A stretch of DNA of 63,947 nt from an uncultured Bdellovibrio sp. (GCA_963932905.1 CAWVRN010000028.1:1-63947); one strand, 5' to 3'. Shown: positions 18,638 through 29,124, counted from the stretch's first letter. Notes: generated by a model not told the origin, from the letters alone. Translations and numbers: made by a program.

Positions 18638-20671
18638 ATGAGATTACTTTTGCCGCTGATAACGTTTTTGTTTGCTACCGAGATGTTGTGGGCCCAAAAA
18701 AATGCAGATGTAGAAGAAAAAAAACGTCCGATTGGTGCGATTGCCTTTGCGAAAAAAGACAATAGTTTAGAGTGTCGCTACCTAACAATGATTGAAGATG
18801 GTTTTCTTCGTTATCATGTTAAGTACACGAAACGTGATAAAGAATTAGAAAACCAAGTGATCGATCAACACTTGAAAAAATTAGATCCATCAAAAATTTA
18901 TTTTACTCAGGAAGATGCTGATAAAGTTAAAGACATGATGAAAGGTCTTTTTGAAAAAACTAAAAAGAACGATTGCGAGTTTTTAGTTGAAGCGCAAAAT
19001 CTTTTAGTAAAACGAATTCAAGAGCGTGCTGAGTTTGCTAAGAAATTTTTAGGTAAAGAATATAAATTCGACGATAAAACTGAATTTACATTTGATCCAG
19101 ATCAAAAGAAATATCCAAAAAATGCGGACGAAGCTAACGACTTTCTTAAAAAGTATATTCATTTCCAAATCTCTAATTATTTAGCGACGGACATGAAGTT
19201 AGAAGAAGCTAAAGATCGCGTAAAAAAGAATTATGAATTAGCTATCAAACGTTTAAACGAAACATCAATTGATGATTTGTATTCTGGTTACTTAGATAGT
19301 TTTGCTAGATCTCTGGACCCACATTCAAGTTTCTTTTCTAAAGATGTGTTGAGCGATTTCCAAATTCAAATGAGTTTATCTTTGGAAGGTATCGGCGCGA
19401 CGTTATCTAGTGAAAATGGTTTTACGGTGGTTGAGCAACTCGTTCCGGGTGGGGCGGCGGCTAAATCTGGTTTAGTTGAGCCTCAAGATAAAATCATCGC
19501 GGTTGGGCAAGAAAAAGGCGAAATGGAAAACGTAATCGACATGGACCTTAAAGATGTCGTTAAAAAAATTCGTGGAACTAAAAATACGAAGGTGCGTTTA
19601 ACTATTTTGCGTAAATCCGGCGACGGTAAAACTCGTAAAGACATCACGTTAACACGCGATAAAGTAAACTTGGAAGACGAGGCGGCTAATATCCATTTCA
19701 TCGACAAAGAAGTGAATGGCGCTAAAAAGAAATTAGGAATTATCAATCTACCATCATTCTATGCGGATTCAAAAAGTGGTGGGCGTAGTGCGGCGACTGA
19801 TTTGAAAAAACTGTTGAAGCAAGCGCGTGACCAAAAAGCAGATGGTATCGTGTTAGATCTTTCTAATAACGGTGGTGGTAGTTTAGATGACGCTGTCAGA
19901 ATTGCAGGTCTGTTCTTTAAAACTGGCAATGTCGTAAAGCAATCCAGCAAAACAGAAGGCCGTGAACAAGTATTGGAAGATGAAGATGCCATGGTTGACT
20001 GGTCAGGTCCATTAGTTGTGTTAACTTCTAGAATCAGTGCTTCGGCGTCCGAGATCGTTTCGGGAACTCTTCAAGACTATAAACGTGCCATCATCGTGGG
20101 CGGCGACCATACATTCGGTAAAGGTTCAGTACAAAGTGTATTGCCTATCCCGGGTGACCTTGGTGCTATCAAAGTAACAGTAGGTATGTTCTTTATCCCA
20201 GGTGGTAATTCGACTCAACATAGAGGCGTTGATGCCGACGTAATTTTGCCTGGTCCCTATTCAACAGACGATATTGGTGAGAAGTCGTTAGATTACTCGC
20301 TACCTCCTAAAAAGATCGATGCCTTTATTTCTAAAGAAGCCTACGTAACCGAAGGTGCCGAGGCTTGGAAAGAAGTGAAGCCTGATTGGATCAAGTCTTT
20401 AAAAGAAAAGTCTCAAGCTCGCGTTGAAAAAAATACTGAGTTTAAAAAAATTATCGAAGACTTAAAGAAGTCTAAAGATAAAGGAAAAGTGATCAAAGTA
20501 GCTGATATTTTGAAAGAGAAAGACAAAAACGAGAAAGAGAAGAAGAAGAAAAAGTTCTCTAAAGATGAAAAAACTAAAGAGTACCTGAAACGCCAAGATA
20601 TCCAAGAAGCGTCTCAAGTATTGCTTGATCTAATCCAACTTCAAACAGACAAACTGTTAACTCAAAAGTAA
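18638..20671 (+). CDS. prc: Tail-specific protease (S41A, Prc/Tsp)
   Basis: Signal peptide; LDPHSSF; PDZ GIGATL; DLSNNGGGSL; catalytic SASASEI and TFGKGSVQ. Confidence 0.95.
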   Translation: MRLLLPLITFLFATEMLWAQKNADVEEKKRPIGAIAFAKKDNSLECRYLTMIEDGFLRYHVKYTKRDKELENQVIDQHLKKLDPSKIYFTQEDADKVKDMMKGLFEKTKKNDCEFLVEAQNLLVKRIQERAEFAKKFLGKEYKFDDKTEFTFDPDQKKYPKNADEANDFLKKYIHFQISNYLATDMKLEEAKDRVKKNYELAIKRLNETSIDDLYSGYLDSFARSLDPHSSFFSKDVLSDFQIQMSLSLEGIGATLSSENGFTVVEQLVPGGAAAKSGLVEPQDKIIAVGQEKGEMENVIDMDLKDVVKKIRGTKNTKVRLTILRKSGDGKTRKDITLTRDKVNLEDEAANIHFIDKEVNGAKKKLGIINLPSFYADSKSGGRSAATDLKKLLKQARDQKADGIVLDLSNNGGGSLDDAVRIAGLFFKTGNVVKQSSKTEGREQVLEDEDAMVDWSGPLVVLTSRISASASEIVSGTLQDYKRAIIVGGDHTFGKGSVQSVLPIPGDLGAIKVTVGMFFIPGGNSTQHRGVDADVILPGPYSTDDIGEKSLDYSLPPKKIDAFISKEAYVTEGAEAWKEVKPDWIKSLKEKSQARVEKNTEFKKIIEDLKKSKDKGKVIKVADILKEKDKNEKEKKKKKFSKDEKTKEYLKRQDIQEASQVLLDLIQLQTDKLLTQK

Positions 20672-20682
20672 AATAAAGCCTA

Positions 20683-20713
20683 ATGGGAGCTGCCTTAAAA
20701 GGGCGGCTCCCAT
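20683..20713 (+). terminator. Strong hairpin after prc, no U-tract
   Basis: ATGGGAGCTGCCT/GGGCGGCTCCCAT stem about 12 nt after the stop. Confidence 0.55.
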
Positions 20714-20851
20714 AGTTCCTACCTATAAAATCTTGTTCGAATCCTAAAACATATAAGTACCTTTTTTAAGCACTTTGAAGGTGTGGGTTTGGCGTTTTCT
20801 AGTCGACTTCCCCGAGTATTTAGATTAGAAAATTGACCATGGGGGGCCTTC

Positions 20852-22006
20852 TTGAGTTATTCAAAAACGACAACGTCGAAGTCCAATTCTGCTAAGGCAA
20901 ATTTTGCCAAAGTAGCTACGAAGAAAAAAAGCCTAATCAAAATGTCGAGCAAAAAAGATGACCGTAAAAAGACATCGGATGTGAAGACAGCGAAAGTCAG
21001 CAGCACCAGTTCATTGGGACAATTGCCCGACAAAGTTCTTGTGCAGATGTTGGATCTGATGATTAAATCGCGTGTTCTTGAAGAGCGTCTGATTAAAATC
21101 TACCGTGCCGGCGAGTCTTATTTCTGGATTGGTGGCCCTGGTGAAGAAGCTTGGGGTGTGCCGATTGGTATGCTGGTCAATAAAGGCCAGGGCGTGAAAC
21201 ACGATTTCTTGCACCTTCACTATCGTTGTACGCCTACTTTGATTGCTATGGGTATGGATATGAAAGACTCTATCCGACTGATGATGAACCGAGTGACTGA
21301 TCCTTCAACTGGTGGACGTAATTTTTCAAATCACTATTGCATCCCGGAAATGAATGTAGCCCCGGTAACGTCACCCATCGAAGTTCAATATGGTATTGCG
21401 TTGGGTACTGCACATGCGCAAAAACGTGCGGGTTCGAAGTCCATCAGTATCGTAACGGGTGGTGATGCTGGAACGGCAGAAGGCGATTTTGCCAGCTGCT
21501 TGGTTTGGGCGTCTCGTAAAAATAATGAACTTCCCTTGTTGATTACTGTTCAAAATAACTATTGGGGTATTTCGACTTCGTACGAAGGTCAGCATGGTGA
21601 AACGAATATCGCGGATCGCGCTCGTGGTTTTAATATTCGTTCGCGGGTAGTGAATGGGAATGACCCAGTTGAATCTTACATCGCTTTAAAGGAAGAAATG
21701 GATTATATCCGCAAAACTGGTAAACCAAGTTTCATTGAAGCCAAGGTGTCTCGTTTATATGGGCACTCATCAGCCAGCGGAGCTAATCTTGTTCAAAACG
21801 AAGAGGATTGTTTAAAAACATTCTCTGAGAAATTACTTTCTAAAAAGGTGATCACTGAAAAGGAAATCAAAACAATTTGGACTACCTATGAAGAAGAAGC
21901 TTTGCGTGCAACGGAAGAAGCACGTTCAGAGGGTGTCCCGACTCCAGAATCTATTTGGGATCATGTGTTTGTGGGAAATGAAAATAGCAACTGGAGGAAA
22001 TTCTAA
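20852..22006 (+). CDS. 2-oxoacid (probably branched-chain) dehydrogenase E1 alpha subunit
   Basis: GPGEEA, LHYR, TGGRNFSNH, TPP motif variant GDAGTAEGD...QNN, RLYGHSS. Start uncertain (TTG 20852 or ATG 20942). Confidence 0.9.
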   Translation: MSYSKTTTSKSNSAKANFAKVATKKKSLIKMSSKKDDRKKTSDVKTAKVSSTSSLGQLPDKVLVQMLDLMIKSRVLEERLIKIYRAGESYFWIGGPGEEAWGVPIGMLVNKGQGVKHDFLHLHYRCTPTLIAMGMDMKDSIRLMMNRVTDPSTGGRNFSNHYCIPEMNVAPVTSPIEVQYGIALGTAHAQKRAGSKSISIVTGGDAGTAEGDFASCLVWASRKNNELPLLITVQNNYWGISTSYEGQHGETNIADRARGFNIRSRVVNGNDPVESYIALKEEMDYIRKTGKPSFIEAKVSRLYGHSSASGANLVQNEEDCLKTFSEKLLSKKVITEKEIKTIWTTYEEEALRATEEARSEGVPTPESIWDHVFVGNENSNWRKF

Positions 22007-23061
22007 TGGCTAATATGGCTCAGGCGATTCGCCTTGCATTGAATTACAGTGAGCAGAACTATCAGCTGAAAGATGTTTTCGGACAGGACGTGGGAGCACC
22101 ACTGGGTGGTGTGTTCACGGCGACTCAAGGTTTGAAAACCTCTTGGAATGCGCCTTTAGATGAGCGTGGAATTATCAGCATGGCGATGGGTATTGCGATG
22201 GCGGGTGATCGCTGCGTAGCTGAAATTCAGTTTTGTGATTATATTTTTAATACGATCGATTTGCTTAAAATTGCCGGTAATACTCTTTGGTGTACAAACG
22301 GCCAATACAATTTGCCTATGACGGTGATGACTCCAGTAGGTGCCGGTATCCGTGGTAGTGTATACCATTCTCATTCATTTGATTCGTGGGCTTCGCGTAT
22401 TCAAGGTTGGAAGGTAGTTATGCCTTCGACTCCGCTAGATGCGTACGGATTGTTATTGTCAGCGATTAAAGATCCAAATCCAGTATTGTTCTTAAAACCA
22501 AAAGCATTAATGCGTGTTCGTGGTGAAGAGTTGATTCCGGGCGAGCCAGCTGACGAGAAAGAATTAAAAACTCGTATCGATGCACCGATTGGTGATCGTT
22601 CGAAATGGAAACCAGATTGGCCAAATATGCAGGAATACCTTGTAGAAATCGGCAAAGGTAAAATCACTCGTCAGGGTGAGCAGATAACTGTAGTCAGCTG
22701 GGGTCGTCATTTGTTGTTAGCCAATGAAGTCGCTGATGAACTAAAAGCAGACGGTGTGTCGGTGGAAGTGATCGATTTAAGATCCATCTATCCGTATGAT
22801 TGGGAAATGATCAAGGCGTCGGTGGCTAAAACGGGCCGCGTTCTAATAGTGAACGAAGATACTGAAGTGACAAACTTTGGTGAGCATTTGATTTATCGTG
22901 TAGTTCAAGAATTATTCTATCAATTATTGGCTCGTCCGCGTTTGATTGCTGGAAAAAATGTTCCTGGTATTGGGCTTCATCCAAATTTGGAAGATGCGAC
23001 GGTTCCACAAAAACATGAAATTAAATCGGCGATCTTGGAACTTATCGAGGAAGTCCCTTAA
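22006..23061 (+). CDS. 2-oxoacid dehydrogenase E1 beta subunit
   Basis: GQDVG..GGVF, PLDERGI, AEIQFCDY, YHSHS, EVIDLRS; TAATG overlap with alpha. Confidence 0.93.
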   Translation: MANMAQAIRLALNYSEQNYQLKDVFGQDVGAPLGGVFTATQGLKTSWNAPLDERGIISMAMGIAMAGDRCVAEIQFCDYIFNTIDLLKIAGNTLWCTNGQYNLPMTVMTPVGAGIRGSVYHSHSFDSWASRIQGWKVVMPSTPLDAYGLLLSAIKDPNPVLFLKPKALMRVRGEELIPGEPADEKELKTRIDAPIGDRSKWKPDWPNMQEYLVEIGKGKITRQGEQITVVSWGRHLLLANEVADELKADGVSVEVIDLRSIYPYDWEMIKASVAKTGRVLIVNEDTEVTNFGEHLIYRVVQELFYQLLARPRLIAGKNVPGIGLHPNLEDATVPQKHEIKSAILELIEEVP

Positions 23062-23882
23062 TGAAGGGACTTAATAAACACCATCGCAAGACAGAGCATC
23101 AAGTTTTTGATAAGTACGATCTGTATACTAAAGCGGTGCAAAGCACAGAAGCCGATGTCGAATTCATTTATGAAACGTACAAAGAATTAAAAAATGGCCG
23201 TGAGGCTCAAAGTTTGCGCGAAGATTTTTGCGGGACATTTGCGTTGTCGACGGAGTGGATTAAAGCCGCAAAGACTCATAAAGCTTACGGTGTGGATTTA
23301 GATCCCGAACCAATGGAGTATGGTCGTTCGCACTATTATGAAAAACTGACTGCGGATCAGCAGAAACGTTTAACATTGGTCGAAGGCGATGTTTTAAAAG
23401 TAGATTTGCCAAAGGTGGATGTAACTGTTGCGGTAAATTTTTCTTATTTTCTGTTTAAAAAACGTGAACAATTGAAAGCGTATTTTAAAAAAGTGCTGAG
23501 CTCATTAAACGATAGAGGTATTTTTATCATTGACTGTTTTGGCGGAGGACAGTGCCAAGATGCGATTGAAGATCGTATTAAGCATAAGGGATTTACTTAC
23601 TATTGGGATCAGACGGGTTTTGACCCGGTATCGAATGAAGCTGTATTTCATATCCATTTTAAAATTGGCAATCACGAGAAAATTGAGCGTGTATTTACTT
23701 ATGATTGGCGGATGTGGACCATTCCAGAGCTGCGTGAAATCCTAGAGGAAGTGGGTTTTAAGAAAACTCATGTCTATTGGGAAGGGACGAACAAGGATGG
23801 TGGTGGAAATGGAGAGTTCACTCGAACTGAGAAAGGCGAATCCTGCTTATCATGGATCGCCTATATCGTGAGTGAAAAATAA
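23061..23882 (+). CDS. Class I SAM-dependent methyltransferase
   Basis: LREDFCGT motif I variant, GVDLD, EGDVL; TAATG overlap with E1 beta. Confidence 0.85.
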   Translation: MKGLNKHHRKTEHQVFDKYDLYTKAVQSTEADVEFIYETYKELKNGREAQSLREDFCGTFALSTEWIKAAKTHKAYGVDLDPEPMEYGRSHYYEKLTADQQKRLTLVEGDVLKVDLPKVDVTVAVNFSYFLFKKREQLKAYFKKVLSSLNDRGIFIIDCFGGGQCQDAIEDRIKHKGFTYYWDQTGFDPVSNEAVFHIHFKIGNHEKIERVFTYDWRMWTIPELREILEEVGFKKTHVYWEGTNKDGGGNGEFTRTEKGESCLSWIAYIVSEK

Positions 23883-23885
23883 CTA

Positions 23886-24746
23886 TTATTTTGTAGCGGC
23901 TGGAGCTTTTTGAGTACCTTGTACTTCAACTGCTGGCCTTGATGGTGGCGGTTGTGGCAACGAAGCCGGTTGTTTGTTCAGCTGAATCGCACCCGCTGGA
24001 ATTAAAATACTACCATCTGGATTTTTAACAACTTTAGTCATGTCGATCGAGCCTTCTGGCCCGACGATTTTATCACCTTGCGAGTACACTTCGCCTAAGC
24101 GTTTCATTTCACTAGGAGCAGCTTGCGGGGCTAAATCAGGAGGGCCACCAACTGGAGGTTTACCATTAGGTCCGCCATTTGTTCCTGCCGGACGGGCTTC
24201 GCCTTGTTTAGCTAACGTAGGTTCCGGTTTCTTGTAAATCGTTGCGCACCAGTCGCCACCCACGCGTTTACCGTTTCTCATTGTATTGTCGTTGTCGTTT
24301 GGATTTGTTGCGATACCGCATTCATCATAGATGGCTTTACAAGCTACGTAGGCGTCTTCCACAGATGAATATTTAGGTGCATAGTTTTGCTCGATATCAT
24401 TCAAGCATTCAGAGATTTCACTGCGCGGACGATAGCCTTCGTCAATGGCGCTGCTGTTACTGTTTGAAGCTCTACGTTTTTTATAGAATTCTTGTTGTTG
24501 TTCAAAAGGAAGTTTGAAGAAAGATGAACCTGCAACATCGTATAAAAATTCTTCTTTAGCATTGTCCCAGTCACTTTGCCCAAGTTCTTTGGCCGCCAAG
24601 TTTCGCTTCTTTTTCTCTTCGCCGGTTACTGGGTGTTCATCGGAATTCATACGCTCTACAAAGTTTGTGTATGTGTTTTCTTTGTTTTTACCCTTAGCGT
24701 TTGGTTTGATTTTTCCTTGAGTGCAATAGCCAGATGCTAAAAGCAA
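23886..24746 (-). CDS. Hypothetical protein, probably the 3' part of a frameshifted secreted protein
   Basis: Weak TTG start, no signal peptide, overlaps the upstream ORF. Cys-containing middle and Pro-rich tail. Confidence 0.6.
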   Translation of the reverse strand: MLLASGYCTQGKIKPNAKGKNKENTYTNFVERMNSDEHPVTGEEKKKRNLAAKELGQSDWDNAKEEFLYDVAGSSFFKLPFEQQQEFYKKRRASNSNSSAIDEGYRPRSEISECLNDIEQNYAPKYSSVEDAYVACKAIYDECGIATNPNDNDNTMRNGKRVGGDWCATIYKKPEPTLAKQGEARPAGTNGGPNGKPPVGGPPDLAPQAAPSEMKRLGEVYSQGDKIVGPEGSIDMTKVVKNPDGSILIPAGAIQLNKQPASLPQPPPSRPAVEVQGTQKAPAATK

Positions 24747-25120
24747 TTGAATAGTATTTTTTGCATTTGAGCTTTAGCCGTTAGTTTAACCGGGCCGTCT
24801 TTTGTTTCAACGGTTTGACTTAAACCCCCATTAATACTGCGGCGGCGATCACCTCGCTGAGTTGTCTTATTGAATTTAGGATTAGTTTCATCTGGAAATA
24901 AAGATGTGTTTTCACGAACCAGAAGTCCCATCAGTGCCAGATAGTGATCGTCGGGTGCCGGTCGACCCGCTTTTTTTAAACCGCAGGCAATACAGGATAA
25001 GTGAGTTTTGTTGATAAAGTCTGAGGAGAAACAAGCGTCTTTGTCACCTTCATAAGCTGGTTCGGCTTGCGCAAGCGTAAATGCTAGCGACATTAATGTA
25101 ATTTTGAAAAATAGTTTCAT
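24737..25120 (-). CDS. Hypothetical secreted protein, probably the 5' part of the same frameshifted gene
   Basis: GAGGTG RBS; signal peptide MKLFFKITLMSLAFTLAQA; CIAC motif; stops 6 codons after an A6 run. Confidence 0.6.
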   Translation of the reverse strand: MKLFFKITLMSLAFTLAQAEPAYEGDKDACFSSDFINKTHLSCIACGLKKAGRPAPDDHYLALMGLLVRENTSLFPDETNPKFNKTTQRGDRRRSINGGLSQTVETKDGPVKLTAKAQMQKILFNCF

Positions 25121-25198
25121 AGACACCTCACTCAAGGGTTTCGGTGTCTGGTTTTGAAACTTGATAGGTCGGGTTTACGACGATGGTCTAATTTCCGA

Positions 25199-25726
25199 TT
25201 AGCGAGTCGAGCTTTTAAGCTCTTCACCGGTGAAAAGGTACTTAATAGCTAGACCTGCTTTTTTGAATTCCGGATTATTAGCATCGCCTCTTAAGATACT
25301 GCATAGAACGGTATCAATCACAGCCTTTGAATTTCTTAAATCTTGAACCGACGTCAGAACCTGACCGCCCGTTGTGATGACGTCTTCAATGATACAAAGC
25401 TTTTTCCCGACGATATCGATGCCTTCAGCAAATAGGCATGTGCCGTAGTCTTTCGGTTTCTTACGAATGAATACAACGGGGATTCCAGTTTCTAAGCTGA
25501 GTGCTGTTGCTATGGGAATCCCACCCATCTCAAGCCCCGCCAGCGCTTGGGTATCGGCCGGAATCAACGTTTTCAATAATTGTGCTACCGGTCTTAGCAG
25601 TTGAGGCATTGACTCGAATCTGTATTTGTCAAAATACTCGTTAGAGATTTGGCCAGAGCGCAGTTTAAACGTGCCAGTTAAATAACAGATGTCGTAGATT
25701 TTTTTTGCGAGTTCTTGCTTAGTCAT
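25199..25726 (-). CDS. pyrE: Orotate phosphoribosyltransferase
   Basis: GTFKLRSGQIS.EYFD, GLEMGGIP, IRKKPKDYG, PRPP motif IIEDVITTGG. Confidence 0.93.
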   Translation of the reverse strand: MTKQELAKKIYDICYLTGTFKLRSGQISNEYFDKYRFESMPQLLRPVAQLLKTLIPADTQALAGLEMGGIPIATALSLETGIPVVFIRKKPKDYGTCLFAEGIDIVGKKLCIIEDVITTGGQVLTSVQDLRNSKAVIDTVLCSILRGDANNPEFKKAGLAIKYLFTGEELKSSTR

Positions 25727-25856
25727 GCTTATTTGAATATCAAGGCCCTAAAGGTCTGTCTATCTGCGGAAATGGCACACCACCTCTAAGTAAAATCCCT
25801 AAGTTTTGACTTCGGAGTCATAGGCCCTTTATGATTAAAACGAGTCTATATTTTCC

Positions 25857-26093
25857 GTGAGGATGCCTATGTTTTGGGACTATTATTATCCGTTATTGTT
25901 CATGGTTTTAAGTGCCTTAATTCTATATTTTGGTCTTCGAAAAGAAGTTCGAAAATTTCAAGGCAATAACGAGCCGACACTGATGGATCGTGTATCCTTT
26001 GGTTTTAATTTTCTTCTTGTGCTTGTTTTTGGTGGAACCTTCTTCGCCGGCAGTATCATTCGTCTGATTTATTTAGCTACGCGGACTGTGTAG
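25857..26093 (+). CDS. Small two-TM hypothetical protein
   Basis: Two hydrophobic helices; start may be at 25863 or 25869. Confidence 0.55.
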   Translation: MRMPMFWDYYYPLLFMVLSALILYFGLRKEVRKFQGNNEPTLMDRVSFGFNFLLVLVFGGTFFAGSIIRLIYLATRTV

Positions 26094-26160
26094 TCGCGGA
26101 CGGTTTAGCTCGCGCGAATATTTCTTGTTTAGAAGTATTCTTAATTTAATATCTAAAAAT

Positions 26161-26195
26161 AAAAAAACCCGCAGTTCTTTCGAAGTGCGGGTTTT
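26161..26195 (-). terminator. Rho-independent terminator of fusA
   Basis: Minus strand AAAACCCGCACTTC-GAAA-GAACTGCGGG followed by T7. Confidence 0.85.
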
Positions 26196-26225
26196 AAGTT
26201 TTGTATCAAAAATAATTTTTTAGAA

Positions 26226-28340
26226 TTATTTCTTTTGTTCAGCTTCACGTTTAGCTTGGTACTTCTTAACAAGTTCCTCTTGGATATTGCGAGGAGCTGG
26301 CGAGTACTTAGCAAATTCCATCGAGAATTCGCCTTTACCTTTAGTAGCAGAACGTAAGTCTGTTGAGTAACCGAACATTTCTGTTAACGGAACTTCCGCT
26401 TCAATTACGCAGCTTCCTTCAAAGCTAGTTGTTCCAACGATAACACCACGACGTTGATTGATCTGACCAACAGCCGCACCTTGATATTCATCTGGTACAG
26501 TTGTTTCTAGTTTCATGATTGGCTCAAGAACTGTCGGTTTAGCTTTTTGATACGCTTCACGCATTGCTGCCATCGCACAGATTTTGAACGCCATATAACT
26601 AGAGTCGACATCATGGTATGCGCCGTCTTCAAGGATAACGTTAACGCCAACGATAGGGAAACCGATCAAAGGACCTTTAGCACATTGGTCTCTGAAACCT
26701 TCTTCAACCGCAGGGATGAATTCGCGAGGAATACGTCCACCGACAACTTCATTAGCAAATGCAAACGTTTCTTTGTTTTCGGGAGTCGGGATAAGAGGAG
26801 AGATTTTACCAACCACTTTCGCGAACTGACCAGAACCACCCGTTTGTTTTTTATGAGTGTAATCGTATGGACCGTCTTGCATGATTGTTTCACGGTAAGC
26901 AACTTGAGGTTGACCAACTACCACTTCACAATTGAATTCACGTTTCATACGTTCAACATAGATCTCTAAGTGTAACTCGCCCATACCTGAAATGATTGTC
27001 TCTGCAGACTCTTCATCGCGGTGTACGCGGAACGTAGGATCTTCTTTTCTAAACTTTTGTAACGCTTTAGAGAAGTTGTTCGAGCTAGCTTTATCTTTAG
27101 GTGCGATCGCCAAAGAGATAACCGCATCTGGAACGTGCATTGATTGCATAGAAACGTTGATTGTTCCATCAGTGAACGTGTCACCAGAGGCACAGTCAAC
27201 GCCGAAGAATGCTACGATGTCGCCAGAGTAAGCTGTTTGAAGTTCATCCATTTTGTCCGAGTTCATACGAACTAAGCGAGGAACTTTAACTTTCTTTTTA
27301 TCAGTCGTATTTGTGATGAAGTCACCAACAGATACTTTACCTTGGTAAACGCGCATGTACGTCAACTGACCGAATTGAGTTTGTTGAAGTTTAAATGCCA
27401 ACGCAACTAGAGGTTTGTTTGAATCTGGGAATAATTCGATTTTTTCTTCGTTTTTATCCAAATCCAAAGCGTGTTCACGTTTTTCTTCAGGAGTTGGCAA
27501 GTACATGTTAACGCCATCAAGAAGTAGTTGAACGCCTTTGTTTTTAAATGCAGAACCGCAGAATACAGGAACTAGTTTCAAGCTGATAACGCCGTTACGG
27601 ATTGCTTTGTGTAACTCGTCAACAGTTGGCTCTTCTTCCATAAGGAATTTTTCACCGATGCCATCATCAATGTCCGCAAGTTTTGCGATCATTTTTTGAC
27701 GGTATTCTTTAGCTTGATCAACTAATTCTGCTGGGATTGGAATTTCAGTTACTTTTTCACCTGAAGAACCTTCATTTACGAAAGCTTTCATTGTTACTAA
27801 GTCAACTGCGCCTTTGTGGTTTTCTTCCAAGCCGATTGGAATTTGAACCATAACTGCGTTCAAGCGTAATTTATCAACCAGTGCATCAGTTACACGGAAA
27901 GGATTCGCGCCTTGACGATCTAATTTATTAACGAAAGCCAAACGAGGAACGCCGTAACGTTTCATTTGTCTATCAACTGTGATTGATTGAGACTGAACTC
28001 CGGCAACGCCGCAAAGAACTAGAATCGCACCATCAAGAACGCGTAATGAACGTTCAACCTCGATTGTGAAATCCACGTGCCCCGGTGTATCGATTAAGTT
28101 TACTGTGTGATCTTTCCAGTATACTTGAGTGGCCGCCGATTGAATTGTGATCCCTTTTTCTCTTTCAAGATCCATAGAATCCATAGTCGCGCCGACGCCA
28201 TCTTTACCTTTTACCTCATGGATTTGGTGGATTTTACCACCGTAGAAAAGAATACGCTCAGATAGAGTTGTCTTTCCCGAATCGATGTGCGCAGAAATAC
28301 CAATATTTCTAACGCTATTGATGTCCCATTTTTTTGACAT
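26226..28340 (-). CDS. fusA: Elongation factor G (stand-alone, spdEFG1/mtEF-G1-like)
   Basis: [64 protein letters not shown]. Confidence 0.97.
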   Translation of the reverse strand: MSKKWDINSVRNIGISAHIDSGKTTLSERILFYGGKIHQIHEVKGKDGVGATMDSMDLEREKGITIQSAATQVYWKDHTVNLIDTPGHVDFTIEVERSLRVLDGAILVLCGVAGVQSQSITVDRQMKRYGVPRLAFVNKLDRQGANPFRVTDALVDKLRLNAVMVQIPIGLEENHKGAVDLVTMKAFVNEGSSGEKVTEIPIPAELVDQAKEYRQKMIAKLADIDDGIGEKFLMEEEPTVDELHKAIRNGVISLKLVPVFCGSAFKNKGVQLLLDGVNMYLPTPEEKREHALDLDKNEEKIELFPDSNKPLVALAFKLQQTQFGQLTYMRVYQGKVSVGDFITNTTDKKKVKVPRLVRMNSDKMDELQTAYSGDIVAFFGVDCASGDTFTDGTINVSMQSMHVPDAVISLAIAPKDKASSNNFSKALQKFRKEDPTFRVHRDEESAETIISGMGELHLEIYVERMKREFNCEVVVGQPQVAYRETIMQDGPYDYTHKKQTGGSGQFAKVVGKISPLIPTPENKETFAFANEVVGGRIPREFIPAVEEGFRDQCAKGPLIGFPIVGVNVILEDGAYHDVDSSYMAFKICAMAAMREAYQKAKPTVLEPIMKLETTVPDEYQGAAVGQINQRRGVIVGTTSFEGSCVIEAEVPLTEMFGYSTDLRSATKGKGEFSMEFAKYSPAPRNIQEELVKKYQAKREAEQKK

Positions 28341-28554
28341 TTTGAGTCCTTTTTCTAATCCTTAATTGGTTTTTAACTTTGATTGTTTTTAAAGGATAAC
28401 GGGTATCATTTTTTTTTATAGAGAGCAAAAGGAGAATTTGACTGTTTTTTCTGCAGCGCGAAATTGCGACTCGCCTAAGGTAATATGGTAAAAATTTTAA
28501 CAACCAGGACGACCAGTTTTATGCCAGAATCTCTTGAAAGAGGAAGATTTTATA

Positions 28555-29073
28555 ATGAGTGGAATAAAAGTACTTTTAGTCGATGACGAAGTCGATCTGC
28601 TAGACATCTTAAAGATGGACATGGAATCGCTTGGGTACGAGGCCTTGACGGCTAATAATGGGCAGGAAGGTCTCGAGATCATGAAACAGGTCAAAGACGG
28701 CACCCTTTGGGTGAATGCTGTTTTGTCGGACATCAATATGCCTGTCATGAATGGCCTTGTGTTTTTACGTGAATTACGGACCATGGGCTTAGAAACTCCT
28801 TTTGTGTTTTTTTCAGGCTACGGCGATAAAGAGAAAACCATCGAGGCGCTACGGTTGGGAGCCCTAGACTTTCTAGAAAAGCCATATGATCCAGATATGT
28901 TGATTGCCACAATGGAAAAGGCGTGCGAGCTGGGCACTAAAATGAAAAAAATTGAAGACGAGTTGGATGCTTTAGTTAAAAATCGCAATGTTCCCTCTTC
29001 CGAAGTGGATAAATTCAAACGTATTCAGCGGGAAATGTTGAAAGTAAAAATGATGAGCGACACCAAGTCGTAG
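28555..29073 (+). CDS. Response regulator receiver protein with a short helical tail
   Basis: LLVDDE, phospho-Asp in SDINMPVMNG, SGYG, FLEKP; GAGG RBS supports ATG 28555. Confidence 0.88.
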   Translation: MSGIKVLLVDDEVDLLDILKMDMESLGYEALTANNGQEGLEIMKQVKDGTLWVNAVLSDINMPVMNGLVFLRELRTMGLETPFVFFSGYGDKEKTIEALRLGALDFLEKPYDPDMLIATMEKACELGTKMKKIEDELDALVKNRNVPSSEVDKFKRIQREMLKVKMMSDTKS

Positions 29074-29124
29074 GCAGAGTAAACAGTAGCCCTTGTAAAA
29101 TAACCAGCGTACTATACTTCCATA

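Noticed and set aside
26547..27231. Several ORFs antisense or out of frame within fusA; similar ones occur within lpxD, tex, topA, prc, TIGR03545 and the TBDR
   Set aside because: They are nested in well-supported genes and are typical codon-bias shadows.
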